From IMG/VR virus record IMGVR_UViG_3300044645_002700, positions 1-31,623 of that record: DNA of 31,623 nt; one strand, given 5' to 3'. Under the pieces are notes generated by a model, which saw only the letters and a list, made by a program, of their open reading frames with translations, was not told where the DNA came from and searched no databases. Each line of letters begins with the position of its first letter. The stretch's first letter is position 1. A program made the position numbers and the translations under genes. This document shows, piece by piece, positions 16,596-25,407 of the stretch. The stretch is from a virus. Its lineage: Duplodnaviria > Caudoviricetes.

Positions 16596-17542
16596 TTCAT
16601 TTTGCTAAACGCATTTAATTTGAAAATTTCGAGCTCGTCGGAATTGTTAATCCTAAATTCGTAAATTAAGGAATTGTCTTGGAAAATCATTAAACTTTTG
16701 AAATCATTTATATCACATAATGTTCTAATAATCCAATGGTATGGTGGTACATTAATTTTTTGAATTTGGTTCTCATTGGTGATAACCATCAGTTTTTGAT
16801 TTTCAGTCCAAGAGTTTTTGATAAAAAAATCAACTTTTTGTTTGAAGGGATTGTAAAACATAGTAAAGTGTTTTTTTCTATCAGGTATGTTTTCAACGAA
16901 TATTCTGTTCTTGATAGTTTCACTAGCTAAAAATTTTACATTCAGATTTTTGAAAATATGTTTAGTGTAATTTTCCAAAGGAACACAAGGTAGATTTATC
17001 ATCGTATTACTCATATGTTCTTTGTCATAATTTTCGAAAGTTTGGGGTAAATTGGAAAGATTAAATGATTTGAAGCATCCCACCAAAAAACCTTCAGTTT
17101 TACCATTGAATGTATAAAAAACTGCATCATGATTCTCAAGATGTTGATTGTGTTCTTCGAATATTTTTAGGTCTAAAACTTGAGTATCATATTCGAGATG
17201 ATGTAATCTATCGTATCCGAAATTTTTTGCTATTTTGGCCGCCATAGAAAACATGCGGTAAATAGCAAATCCATAAAAGTTTTTGTTTCTATACTTTGAC
17301 CAAATTTCATAGTCGTCCAAAATAAACCACTCGAATCCTAATAAGTTAGGGTCTTGACTCACATCATTTAGGTGGTCATAGAAATAATATTGACAAAGTT
17401 TTTGAATTTTGAGTGGTGTGTGACTATGGCTGATAAGCAAAATGTCAAAACCCAAATCTTTAACAGACAAAATTGTTCGTTCTAAAATATCCTCATATTT
17501 AGGAGTTGGTGTATAAGCCGTAATTAAAATTAAATCTTTCAT
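16592..17542 (-). CDS. Hypothetical protein, possibly glycosyltransferase-like
   Basis: 316 aa. LILITAY..DILLISH..YYFYD..HHLEYD; heads the sugar-modification operon. Confidence 0.55.
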   Translation of the reverse strand: MKDLILITAYTPTPKYEDILERTILSVKDLGFDILLISHSHTPLKIQKLCQYYFYDHLNDVSQDPNLLGFEWFILDDYEIWSKYRNKNFYGFAIYRMFSMAAKIAKNFGYDRLHHLEYDTQVLDLKIFEEHNQHLENHDAVFYTFNGKTEGFLVGCFKSFNLSNLPQTFENYDKEHMSNTMINLPCVPLENYTKHIFKNLNVKFLASETIKNRIFVENIPDRKKHFTMFYNPFKQKVDFFIKNSWTENQKLMVITNENQIQKINVPPYHWIIRTLCDINDFKSLMIFQDNSLIYEFRINNSDELEIFKLNAFSKMK

Positions 17543-17604
17543 TAAGTTTTAGATTAATAAAAAGAATTTAATCGAACAACTTGTCTTGGTAAACCCTTGT
17601 AAAT

Positions 17605-17636
17605 AAAAACCCCCACCGAAAAAATCCGATGAGGGT
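17605..17636 (-). terminator. Intrinsic terminator of the large ncRNA
   Basis: Minus strand ACCCTCATCGG..TCGGTGGGGGT-TTTT. Confidence 0.75.
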
Positions 17637-17639
17637 CTG

Positions 17640-18452
17640 GCTATGCTCTGAGACTACGAGCTTAGGTGGTCAGTCTTTGGTGGGATTATCCTTTCCCCAC
17701 TCGGTCCACAACAGTTGCCTATCGTAACCAACCAGTGTCGGTAATTTGAGTCTACCACTCTTTTCGTTGACACCAACTCAACTGTTAGTTATATCTCTTG
17801 AACCTTCGGGGCTCACTAAGGGATTGCAGTCCCACGAGTACTTTCACAATCAACACCAAAGGACTTGCGGTCCGATTGATGCCTTCATTGGTCCGATGAC
17901 CTGAAGGATTAGACACCTTTCAGTATCAACGCCCGAAGACTTTCGCTTGTATCTGAGAATATCATTCACATTGATATGTAGCTATTTGTAGAATAATGAA
18001 AGATGTGCTTCGGGAGAAGGTCCATTCCTTTTGGGAACGAAATGCTTCACACCTCTCTGTCAACCCGCCAGTTGACGGTCAATCAGGACTACGGTAGGTT
18101 TGACCCCGTGGTAACCCCTCAGACTGGTACTCAGCTTTACAACACCCGGCGGGATGTCTCAAACCGTCACCTGTACCTTTTCCTATTGATGTCTCCATCT
18201 CAACCCCGATTCTCTACAAAATCGGAGTGGTGTCCTCCCCTCAGCACTTGCCGTCAGGGTCTTCACCGTAGGTACTTTGTTTAGTTGTCAGGTCAATGAC
18301 CTGCGGAACTACTTGGGTCGCTAAACCCTTTTGTCCCCTTTAGTCCCGTTGCCGGGGTTATCTAAGGACGCTAAACCGCCCATTCGGTACCAATTCACTT
18401 TAGGGGGGTAAATTGGCTTTATAAAGAACGTTCGGGGTGTTACCCCCGTTTT
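17640..18452 (-). ncRNA. Giant structured ncRNA, probably GOLLD RNA
   Basis: About 800 nt, visibly more GC-rich than its flanks, no credible ORF, many hairpins with GNRA-like loops, and its own promoter and terminator. Segments I recall as GOLLD-like: UACAGGUG, GAGGUGUG..UUCCCAAAAGGAA..CACAUCUUUC, GCGAAAGUCU, AAAGGUGUCUA, GAGUGGUAG, AUAAUCCCACCAAAGACUG, GUAGUCUCAG at the 3' end. Confidence 0.75.
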
Positions 18453-18458
18453 GTTATA

Positions 18459-18489
18459 CAAAGATACAACAAATTTTCAATCTGTCAAA
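18459..18489 (-). promoter_or_regulatory. Bacteroidota-type promoter driving the ncRNA
   Basis: TTTG(18489-18486)-N19-TATCTTTG(18466-18459). A TATTTAT motif also lies at 18517-18523. Confidence 0.75.
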
Positions 18490-18572
18490 TCTTTTCCTAA
18501 AGTTTTTTTGGTTTTAATAAATATCCCCAAAACGACCAAAGTGATATAACTATAATCACTTTTTTGTTTTCG

Positions 18573-19490
18573 TCAAGCGAGTGGTGAATATTTTAAGAAC
18601 TTGTCTCCTGACTTCGCCAATGCAAATACTTTACAATCAGGTGCTTCCCAATCAAATATTTTGGGATTTGATTTCATTTTGGATGATACTTGAACTGGAT
18701 GAGCTCCCTTATCATCGACGGCTATCATATCAATACCGAAGTAATCGATGAAACCGAAGTCATCTGAGAAGGGATAAACTTCATAACCTATTGATTTTAG
18801 AGCATTGTAACCAGCATCTTCAACGGCGTAACCGACATTTCTCGAATAATTAAACGCATCCAAGATTTGTTGTTGAGTGTCGGGATTGTTAATTAAGTTT
18901 GATATCAACGTGTCCAACCTACTCATAGTTGAAGGGTCATTCAATAATTCAGTAACCTCTTCGATGATTTGACGATTGTCAAAAGTATCTATCTTATAAA
19001 ACTTGAAATCTTTTTTCTTATTCTCCTCAAGGGCTAACAAGGTGATGATATAGGATTGGTTTGTCGAGTGTGTGTTGATTCTATTGAACAATGAATATTT
19101 CTGTTCATCATCAACCAACATGGTCAATCCTTTGGTTGCCAACTTTTTCATATCCTGTTCCACCGCTGTGACAATTGCAGAACATGAATTGTGTTTTTTC
19201 AGGATTTTGGTAAGCAAAACCATATCTGAAATTCTATCCTCAAATTGTTTGTTACCTGGTTGTAATACTATCTTGTCCCCCATCGAGATGTAATCTCCAT
19301 CCCTTAAATCTTTGAACATATCAAAAGATTTTTTCTTAAGGAGTTCAGCTCCTTTACCACCAGTACCTGTGGATAATATATTTTGCAAACCTTTACAGAA
19401 CTTATTACCTTCACCCAATGAATCACATGGGTTTGGTTTTTTTTCAATCTCGTTAATAAGAGCCTCCCGTAATAGGTTTACTAATTTCAT
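18573..19490 (-). CDS. Hypothetical phage protein with a possible degenerate PD-(D/E)xK-like C-terminal region
   Basis: Start MKLVNLLRE after TATTTAT. C-terminus E....IDMIAVDDKGAHPVQVSSK. Confidence 0.65.
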   Translation of the reverse strand: MKLVNLLREALINEIEKKPNPCDSLGEGNKFCKGLQNILSTGTGGKGAELLKKKSFDMFKDLRDGDYISMGDKIVLQPGNKQFEDRISDMVLLTKILKKHNSCSAIVTAVEQDMKKLATKGLTMLVDDEQKYSLFNRINTHSTNQSYIITLLALEENKKKDFKFYKIDTFDNRQIIEEVTELLNDPSTMSRLDTLISNLINNPDTQQQILDAFNYSRNVGYAVEDAGYNALKSIGYEVYPFSDDFGFIDYFGIDMIAVDDKGAHPVQVSSKMKSNPKIFDWEAPDCKVFALAKSGDKFLKYSPLA

Positions 19491-19514
19491 AATCAATAAA
19501 TACCCTGAAGTTGT

Positions 19515-19622
19515 TTATTCATCCTCCAAAGCGTCGGAAAAGTTTTGATTGTTTGGTTTGGACACGGGAGAATCATCTTCGACATCGTCCCAGTAAATGA
19601 ATCGATAAGAGTTGTCTGACAT
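19515..19622 (-). CDS. Small acidic peptide (35 aa)
   Basis: MSDNSYRFIYWDDVEDDSPVSKPNNQNFSDALEDE; fills the gap 3 nt after the Nudix stop. Confidence 0.45.
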   Translation of the reverse strand: MSDNSYRFIYWDDVEDDSPVSKPNNQNFSDALEDE

Positions 19623-19625
19623 ATG

Positions 19626-20036
19626 TTATGAATTGAGGAACGAAGTTACAAAATTTTTGAATGGGTTGTTCATCGGTGTTGGTAAATTTTCCAAATTAAA
19701 ATACCCACACTCGGTGTGTTCGTCACCATCTTTGGCTTTGGACAAGTTTGGAATGATTGGTTCATCCACTTCAGTTGCGAAGACATACATCATACCAGTT
19801 TGTTTTTCTCCAGTCCTATCGAATCTTTTCAGGACCCCTTGGAAGAATAAAGGGGTTTTAATTCGCTTGTGGGTCTCTTCGTAGAATTCTCTGTGAGCCG
19901 CGTCAACAGGTTCTTCACCTTCCTCGAGTTTTCCTGCGGGTACGCTCCATTCACCTCCCAAGGAATTCTTGGAATTTCTTTTACACAGAAGACATTTGTC
20001 ACCGTGTTTAACAATTACTCCCGACGCTTTCTTCAT
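19626..20036 (-). CDS. Nudix hydrolase
   Basis: Nudix box GKLEEGEEPVDAAHREFYEETH. Confidence 0.92.
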   Translation of the reverse strand: MKKASGVIVKHGDKCLLCKRNSKNSLGGEWSVPAGKLEEGEEPVDAAHREFYEETHKRIKTPLFFQGVLKRFDRTGEKQTGMMYVFATEVDEPIIPNLSKAKDGDEHTECGYFNLENLPTPMNNPFKNFVTSFLNS

Positions 20037-20057
20037 ATTATATATTTATCTATAAGT

Positions 20058-20402
20058 ATGGTTTTATCAATAGGAAAAAATGATTTCAATCCACAGGTGA
20101 TTTCTTTACCTGACAGACTTCGCACAGGTATGCAAGGAAAGACTTTTGATGGATTTGACTCCATGTTATTTATCATGCCAAAAGACGAAGAACAAAGTTT
20201 TTGGATGAAAGATTGTATTGTTCCATTAGATATTGTGTTCATCAGTCATGGTTATGTGGAGGATATTTCACCAAATTGTCCTGTTTGTAGCGAGGTCCCG
20301 TGTCCAAGTTATAAAGGTAAAGGAGGTTTTGTATTGGAGTTACCAGCCGGAACTTGTCGTGAAAAGAAAATTAAAATTGGAGACCGGGTTGATTTTATGT
20401 GA
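20058..20402 (+). CDS. DUF192 family protein
   Basis: GMQG..SMLFI..FWMKDCIVPLDIVFI..VLELPAG..IKIGD. Start moved to the ATG at 20058. Confidence 0.88.
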   Translation: MVLSIGKNDFNPQVISLPDRLRTGMQGKTFDGFDSMLFIMPKDEEQSFWMKDCIVPLDIVFISHGYVEDISPNCPVCSEVPCPSYKGKGGFVLELPAGTCREKKIKIGDRVDFM

Positions 20403-20423
20403 AAAAGTTTATAACTTTGACAC

Positions 20424-20759
20424 ATGGAAAACAAATTAAAACTTTATTGGAACAAGATTTCGGAGGGACTCCGAAAGTTCTTCAGTCATGTATTTTGGGT
20501 TGTCTTGGTCCTTATTGGATTGGGTGTTGGGTTTGGTGTAGGTTTCTACTACAAACAAATTAAAACCGTGGAAATGCCCTCGAAAATGCATATTGTTGAA
20601 AGGGAATCAATCATTTTGGCGGTTGATGAAAACTCTCGTTTGATGGTAATTGAAAAGTCGACAGGTAATTACACCATCTATGAAAAGGAAATTGGTAAAT
20701 CAATTTTCACACTTTACGCACGTAACATTTGGGGTCAACACAATAATTCGGCCCAATAA
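20424..20759 (+). CDS. Single-TM membrane protein
   Basis: Hydrophobic FWVVLVLIGLGVGFGVGFYY. TAACTTTG promoter element at 20412-20419. Confidence 0.75.
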   Translation: MENKLKLYWNKISEGLRKFFSHVFWVVLVLIGLGVGFGVGFYYKQIKTVEMPSKMHIVERESIILAVDENSRLMVIEKSTGNYTIYEKEIGKSIFTLYARNIWGQHNNSAQ

Positions 20760-21310
20760 TGAATGTGGATTTTCGGACAGGGTTTGTCCTCTGGCTTATT
20801 GTTATCTTTGGTGGATTGGGAATGGTGTTGTTGAGCATCAAGGAGATACAAAAAGACGTTGAAGAGGACTTCTTGGTGGAGTTGGGTTCTTATTCCAACT
20901 CCCCAACCTGTCTCCACATGTATAATATTATAGAAAAATATCGAAAGGAATACGACGTACCCGCTTACATTGCTTATAATCTTGCATATAAAGAAACGGG
21001 TTATCGTGGTCCATTCCATTGGTCCTACAATCCATACAGAACTTCTTATGCCGGTGCAGAAGGACCGATGCAAATCATGCCCTCAACAGCTCGTGGGTTA
21101 TTAAAACGAAAGATTTCCCGACAGGAACTCAGGACAGACTTGGAACTTAATGTTGAAACCTCGATGTATTATCTCCGTAGGTTGAAAAATAGATATGGTT
21201 CTTGGTCCTTGGCTTGTGGTTTCTATAATACCGGATATCCACAAGTGAACTCTTACGCAAGTTATTGTGTTTCAAATAAAAATTATAAGAATAAATGGGT
21301 TAAGCCTTAG
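20759..21310 (+). CDS. Lytic transglycosylase (SLT domain) with an N-terminal membrane anchor
   Basis: Catalytic AYKET, GAEGPMQIMPSTA, LNV..MYYL, FYNTG. Confidence 0.88.
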   Translation: MNVDFRTGFVLWLIVIFGGLGMVLLSIKEIQKDVEEDFLVELGSYSNSPTCLHMYNIIEKYRKEYDVPAYIAYNLAYKETGYRGPFHWSYNPYRTSYAGAEGPMQIMPSTARGLLKRKISRQELRTDLELNVETSMYYLRRLKNRYGSWSLACGFYNTGYPQVNSYASYCVSNKNYKNKWVKP

Positions 21311-22706
21311 AAGCTTCAATCTTTTCTTGTAGTTTAGTTACAAATTCTTTCTGTAACATTCTTACAAATTTGATATACGGAGCGTCCTCGGATTCTTGAT
21401 TGTAACGGTATGGGTCGTCGTTTGGTCTTGGAGCTCTTCCGAGATAGTTCAAACCCGAAATATTCGTGATACACTTGTGACCTCCTGAATTGGCCTGAAT
21501 CAAATCCCAAGCAGATACTCCTATCTTATCTAACATTTCGAATTGTTTTTCAGTCAATTCTTTGTAAGGCAGAGACATAACATATTGAATTTGTTTCATC
21601 AACAACTCACCATTTTCCAATTCTTCAAATTTGTCCCCGTAAAGTGCTTTGAAATCTTTGAAGGTAAATCCAACGGACATAGGACCTATTGAACTTTCGG
21701 AAACGTACTTAATAGTTGACAGAGGTACTCTTTTGGATTTCAATTGTGATTCCCACTTAGATAAAACCTCTTGAGCAATATCACCTAAGTTCACGCCTTT
21801 TAGTTCTCTATCTTTCTTAAAGGGATTACATGAGGCTTGTAACAATCCTAATGGCCAAGCGATAACCAAAAAGTCCGTCTCAGGATTATTTTTGAATGGT
21901 GTGTATCTATCATATGAACCTGGTTTCATCATGTTACCACCTCCGTATTGAACGATGATATTATCCATAACATTCACACTTCGTGAATCCTTCATTTGTT
22001 TGATGTATGATGCTTGGTTTGAAACCAAATCTTCAGGCTTGGGTAATTTTCTTTCACCCATTTCTTTTTTAATTTGGTTCAGGATTGAATATAAAGAAGG
22101 ACCTGAATTCATTACCAAGTTTTCTAAAAACTTTGGTTTGTTCTTGAAGGCCAATAACAATTTATTAAGAACCATTCCCATTGCAAACTTGTTCTGTAAT
22201 AGACTCTTATCCTTATCGATTCTGAATATGTAATTCATTACTTGTTCAGGAGTGATATCATATTTTGCAAAGTCAGCAGAGTCTATCGTAGAAATTAATC
22301 TAAGGTCTGTCTCAGGGAAAATATCTTTTGGAGAAACAATTTGAGATATTGTCTCAACGTTGGAGCGGGAAGGTCTAAAAGATTTTGCACCAGTTTCTTC
22401 AGCACCAGCTTGTCTATCATGGTGGTCTGTATGAATCACAAACATTGGTTTTCCGTGAGCAAAATCTACCAAAACAGGCATTACATCTCCATTGGCATCA
22501 GTTTTCTTGACTGCAAATTCTTTATCACCATATTGAATAACTTCAGAATCAACAACTTTAATTCCATTGTTCTCCAAATAGTTTTTCATGGCAAGTGCTG
22601 TAGTCACCCCATCAAGGTCTTGGTGAAAATAAATTTTAGCCTTAGGGTATCTCTCCGCTAAGGCTTTAATATCTCTTAAACCCGACTCATTGATTATTTT
22701 TTTCAT
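21300..22706 (-). CDS. DHH-family phosphoesterase-like protein
   Basis: HQDLDG, LVDF, HTDHHD, SGGHK motifs. Confidence 0.8.
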   Translation of the reverse strand: MKKIINESGLRDIKALAERYPKAKIYFHQDLDGVTTALAMKNYLENNGIKVVDSEVIQYGDKEFAVKKTDANGDVMPVLVDFAHGKPMFVIHTDHHDRQAGAEETGAKSFRPSRSNVETISQIVSPKDIFPETDLRLISTIDSADFAKYDITPEQVMNYIFRIDKDKSLLQNKFAMGMVLNKLLLAFKNKPKFLENLVMNSGPSLYSILNQIKKEMGERKLPKPEDLVSNQASYIKQMKDSRSVNVMDNIIVQYGGGNMMKPGSYDRYTPFKNNPETDFLVIAWPLGLLQASCNPFKKDRELKGVNLGDIAQEVLSKWESQLKSKRVPLSTIKYVSESSIGPMSVGFTFKDFKALYGDKFEELENGELLMKQIQYVMSLPYKELTEKQFEMLDKIGVSAWDLIQANSGGHKCITNISGLNYLGRAPRPNDDPYRYNQESEDAPYIKFVRMLQKEFVTKLQEKIEASKA

Positions 22707-23077
22707 TTGAATAAGCTCGCAATAGCAGAACCAATTTTACTGATTATATTTTGATTAATTCCAAGTGATTGTAATTTGGACATAGTTTTTGGTCCCATTT
22801 TTCCATCAACATCTAATCCTTCCATTTGTTGGAACTTTTTTAGAGCTTCAATAGTTTTAGGTCCCCATGCACCATCAGGTACAATTACAATTTTCACACC
22901 CTTACTTTTGAAATAATCATTCAAACCACTTTGAATTTCAAAGACCTCGGAAGGTTCCAAAAAATATGGTTGTTCCATTAAGATATTATTCTCTGACAAA
23001 TATTGTCTTTTTGTCGCTTGGATATGTTGATTTAAGATTGAATTTTTTTCTTCTTCTGTAATAATAAATTTTTTCAT
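22703..23077 (-). CDS. Peptidoglycan-binding (PGBD-like) domain protein
   Basis: DGAWGPKTIEALKKFQQMEGLDVDGKMGPKT. Confidence 0.88.
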   Translation of the reverse strand: MKKFIITEEEKNSILNQHIQATKRQYLSENNILMEQPYFLEPSEVFEIQSGLNDYFKSKGVKIVIVPDGAWGPKTIEALKKFQQMEGLDVDGKMGPKTMSKLQSLGINQNIISKIGSAIASLFK

Positions 23078-23078
23078 T

Positions 23079-23447
23079 TTAACTTAGTGTTAGTAGGTAT
23101 TTTAGTCTGTTCATCTCAGCCAACATTTCGTCACGGATGTTTAACAAATCACTATCCGTTTCAGGGTTATATAGTTGTGAAAAGGATAATAAAAACAAAA
23201 CGACTGAATTTACATAGTCATCAACACTCACAGTATTGAAATCGAATAATGGAATGTTGAACTCTCCTTGGAAACTGGGTCTACCATGTTTACCCATACA
23301 AACTTCAACAAAGTCATCAATCAATCCACTTAGATTGTCATATACCTTTCCAAAAGCTTTATGTTGAGCATAAGACTCTGTTTGCCAATGAAAAATTTTC
23401 ATTTGGTTCTGAGCCATTAATAAATTTATTATAACTGTATTTGTCAT
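23079..23447 (-). CDS. Ferritin/Dps-like four-helix protein (DUF5856-like)
   Basis: FHWQTESYAQHKAFGKVY..IDDFVE..LLNIRDEM..KYLLTL. Confidence 0.8.
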   Translation of the reverse strand: MTNTVIINLLMAQNQMKIFHWQTESYAQHKAFGKVYDNLSGLIDDFVEVCMGKHGRPSFQGEFNIPLFDFNTVSVDDYVNSVVLFLLSFSQLYNPETDSDLLNIRDEMLAEMNRLKYLLTLS

Positions 23448-23452
23448 TTTGA

Positions 23453-24475
23453 TTAAATTGCTTTTCCTGTTAATGGACCAAATATTAAATTAGTAAAAAA
23501 GTCCCTCGTTGGGTCTGATGATGTTTCACTCGAACTTGTTTGTGTTTGAGTCTGTTGTGTTGGTTCTTCTTGTGAAACTCCTCCAAATTCGGTTTCCCAA
23601 TTTTGTTTAGCTTCTTGGGTCTGTGAATATTCATTCATCTTACTGTTGAACTCTTGATTACCCATTTGTTTAGATAGTTCATCGGGTCCTACAAAATTCC
23701 CCAAACCTAAGTAATCTAAGAATCCCGCCCAAAATTTGGTTCTTCTCATAAGACTCCTTGTTGCTTTGTTACCAAACAATCTTGGCATTCCACTAGCTTT
23801 ATATTTTTCAAAACCTTTGATACCTCGAGCGGCACTTCCTCCAAATAATCTAAATAGTTGAGCATCTTGTTCAGCAGCACTTCTTATTTGTTTCAGAACA
23901 GAAGTGGCTTCCTCTGATGACATGGTTTTTTTAGAAAAGTTTTTAGCAATTTTTGAAGCTTTTCGTGAACCGGCACCAACTTTTTCGAAAAACATGATTG
24001 CATCGTTAATGGTGTTTTTTAATGGTTGTCCCATTTTACCTGTTGGGATACTATCAACCATTTTTCTTAATTTTGGTGCCCATACTCTCACTTGGTCCAT
24101 GAGTTTTCCCACCATAGTATTTTGTTTACCAATTTGTTCCATCATTCGTGTCGCCTTAGCTGGATTGGTTTTTGCAACTTTCATGGCATCATTTGTTAGT
24201 CTGATTACTTTTGAACCTCTTCCTGCTAACATGAGAGGTTTAGCGGCTAAATCTCCCAAGTAAGGGATTGCCGATATTAAAGACAACATCCCAAAAAAAG
24301 TATCCCCTTGATATAGGTAGGATAAACCATTTCCGATATCTATGACTCCTGTTGGGTCAAAGATACCAGCAACATCAGCAACATAGTTCAACCAATGAGC
24401 CTCATTGATTTGTTCCGACTCTTTCAAAATCTGTTGAATTTGCTTAAGTTGTGACTCGGTAAAAATTACTTGCAT
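23453..24475 (-). CDS. Hypothetical probable virion protein with a pre-toxin-TG-like motif
   Basis: DVAGIFDPTGVIDIGNGLSYLYQGD..LSLISAIPYLGD; N-terminus MQVIFTESQL. Confidence 0.65.
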   Translation of the reverse strand: MQVIFTESQLKQIQQILKESEQINEAHWLNYVADVAGIFDPTGVIDIGNGLSYLYQGDTFFGMLSLISAIPYLGDLAAKPLMLAGRGSKVIRLTNDAMKVAKTNPAKATRMMEQIGKQNTMVGKLMDQVRVWAPKLRKMVDSIPTGKMGQPLKNTINDAIMFFEKVGAGSRKASKIAKNFSKKTMSSEEATSVLKQIRSAAEQDAQLFRLFGGSAARGIKGFEKYKASGMPRLFGNKATRSLMRRTKFWAGFLDYLGLGNFVGPDELSKQMGNQEFNSKMNEYSQTQEAKQNWETEFGGVSQEEPTQQTQTQTSSSETSSDPTRDFFTNLIFGPLTGKAI

Positions 24476-24517
24476 AATACAATTATATTACTATAAATAC
24501 CATCATCACCAAAAAAG

Positions 24518-24541
24518 AAAACCCCCACCATTGGTGAGGGT
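24518..24541 (-). terminator. Intrinsic terminator
   Basis: Minus strand ACCCTCACC-aat-GGTGGGGGT-TTT. Confidence 0.7.
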
Positions 24542-24546
24542 CTGAT

Positions 24547-25407
24547 TTAATTCTCTTTATTGAATTCCAATACTTGTTGTCGTTTTTCTTCAACAAAGGT
24601 ATTCACTCTTTTTCGAGCAACCTCGGCATATTGTGGACTCAACTCAATACCAATCCATTGTCTATCTAAAACCTCTGCAGCCACCAAAGAAGTACCTGAA
24701 CCGGCAAACGGGTCAAGAACAACATCATTCTTATAGGTAAGAATTTTGATTGCCTTTGTGGGTATGTCCATCGAGAATGTGGCTTTGGTTAAACTTCGAG
24801 TGTCGGCAAAGTAATTCCATTGTCCAAATACCAAATCGATAAACTCTCTTTTCTGAGCTTCGGTGTAGAAAGTTTTGGGTTTCATCACACCGTTCTTATC
24901 TTCTCTTTCTCCAAGTTCACCAACCCATTCAGGTTCACCTTTGACCTTTTTGATGTGGTTCTTTTTGTAGGCCAAAATGACACATTCCTTTGGATTGTAG
25001 ATGTATGGTGCTGAGGGACTCATCCAAGACCCCCAAGCTGTGGTACGACTTCTGTGTGGAGATTCTTCTTCAAGGTCAACAACTCCGAAGAACTTGTAAC
25101 CAATCTGTTTCATAATCTGCCATACTTCACTGACCATAAAGATTCTACCACCTTTATCCTGACGATTAATCTCATATGGAATGTTCAAAGCAATCCTACC
25201 GTCGTCTTTAAGAACTCGGTAAGCCTGTTCCATCCAGGAATATGTAAATTTTACATATTGCTCCCATATCATATCATCATCGTGAACATCGTAATCAATC
25301 CCAACCCCGTAAGGTGGAGATGTCACTATCAAATCCACTGAACCTTCGTCCAGGGTTTTCATGACCTCAATACAGTCACCGTTAATTATTGTTTTAATTT
25401 TATTCAT
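24547..25407 (-). CDS. Beta-class N4-cytosine/N6-adenine DNA methyltransferase
   Basis: GDC, DLIVTSPPY, VLDPFAGSGTS, IGIEL. Confidence 0.93.
   Translation of the reverse strand: MNKIKTIINGDCIEVMKTLDEGSVDLIVTSPPYGVGIDYDVHDDDMIWEQYVKFTYSWMEQAYRVLKDDGRIALNIPYEINRQDKGGRIFMVSEVWQIMKQIGYKFFGVVDLEEESPHRSRTTAWGSWMSPSAPYIYNPKECVILAYKKNHIKKVKGEPEWVGELGEREDKNGVMKPKTFYTEAQKREFIDLVFGQWNYFADTRSLTKATFSMDIPTKAIKILTYKNDVVLDPFAGSGTSLVAAEVLDRQWIGIELSPQYAEVARKRVNTFVEEKRQQVLEFNKEN

Noticed and set aside
18003-18284. 93-aa plus-strand ORF in the GC-rich gap
   Set aside because: Atypical composition, antisense to the structured RNA, and no plus-strand expression signals seen.
17640-18452. Group I/II intron, rRNA, RNase P or tmRNA as the identity of the large RNA
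   Set aside because: It interrupts no gene and has its own promoter and terminator. I could not find group II domain V, RNase P P4, tRNA-like ends or rRNA signature sequences.
19869-20057. N-terminal extension of the DUF192 ORF, and similar extensions at 12094, 14484, 15204, 25896, 9252 and 4625
   Set aside because: They overlap neighbouring genes, promoters or terminators; downstream ATGs fit the family starts and motifs better.
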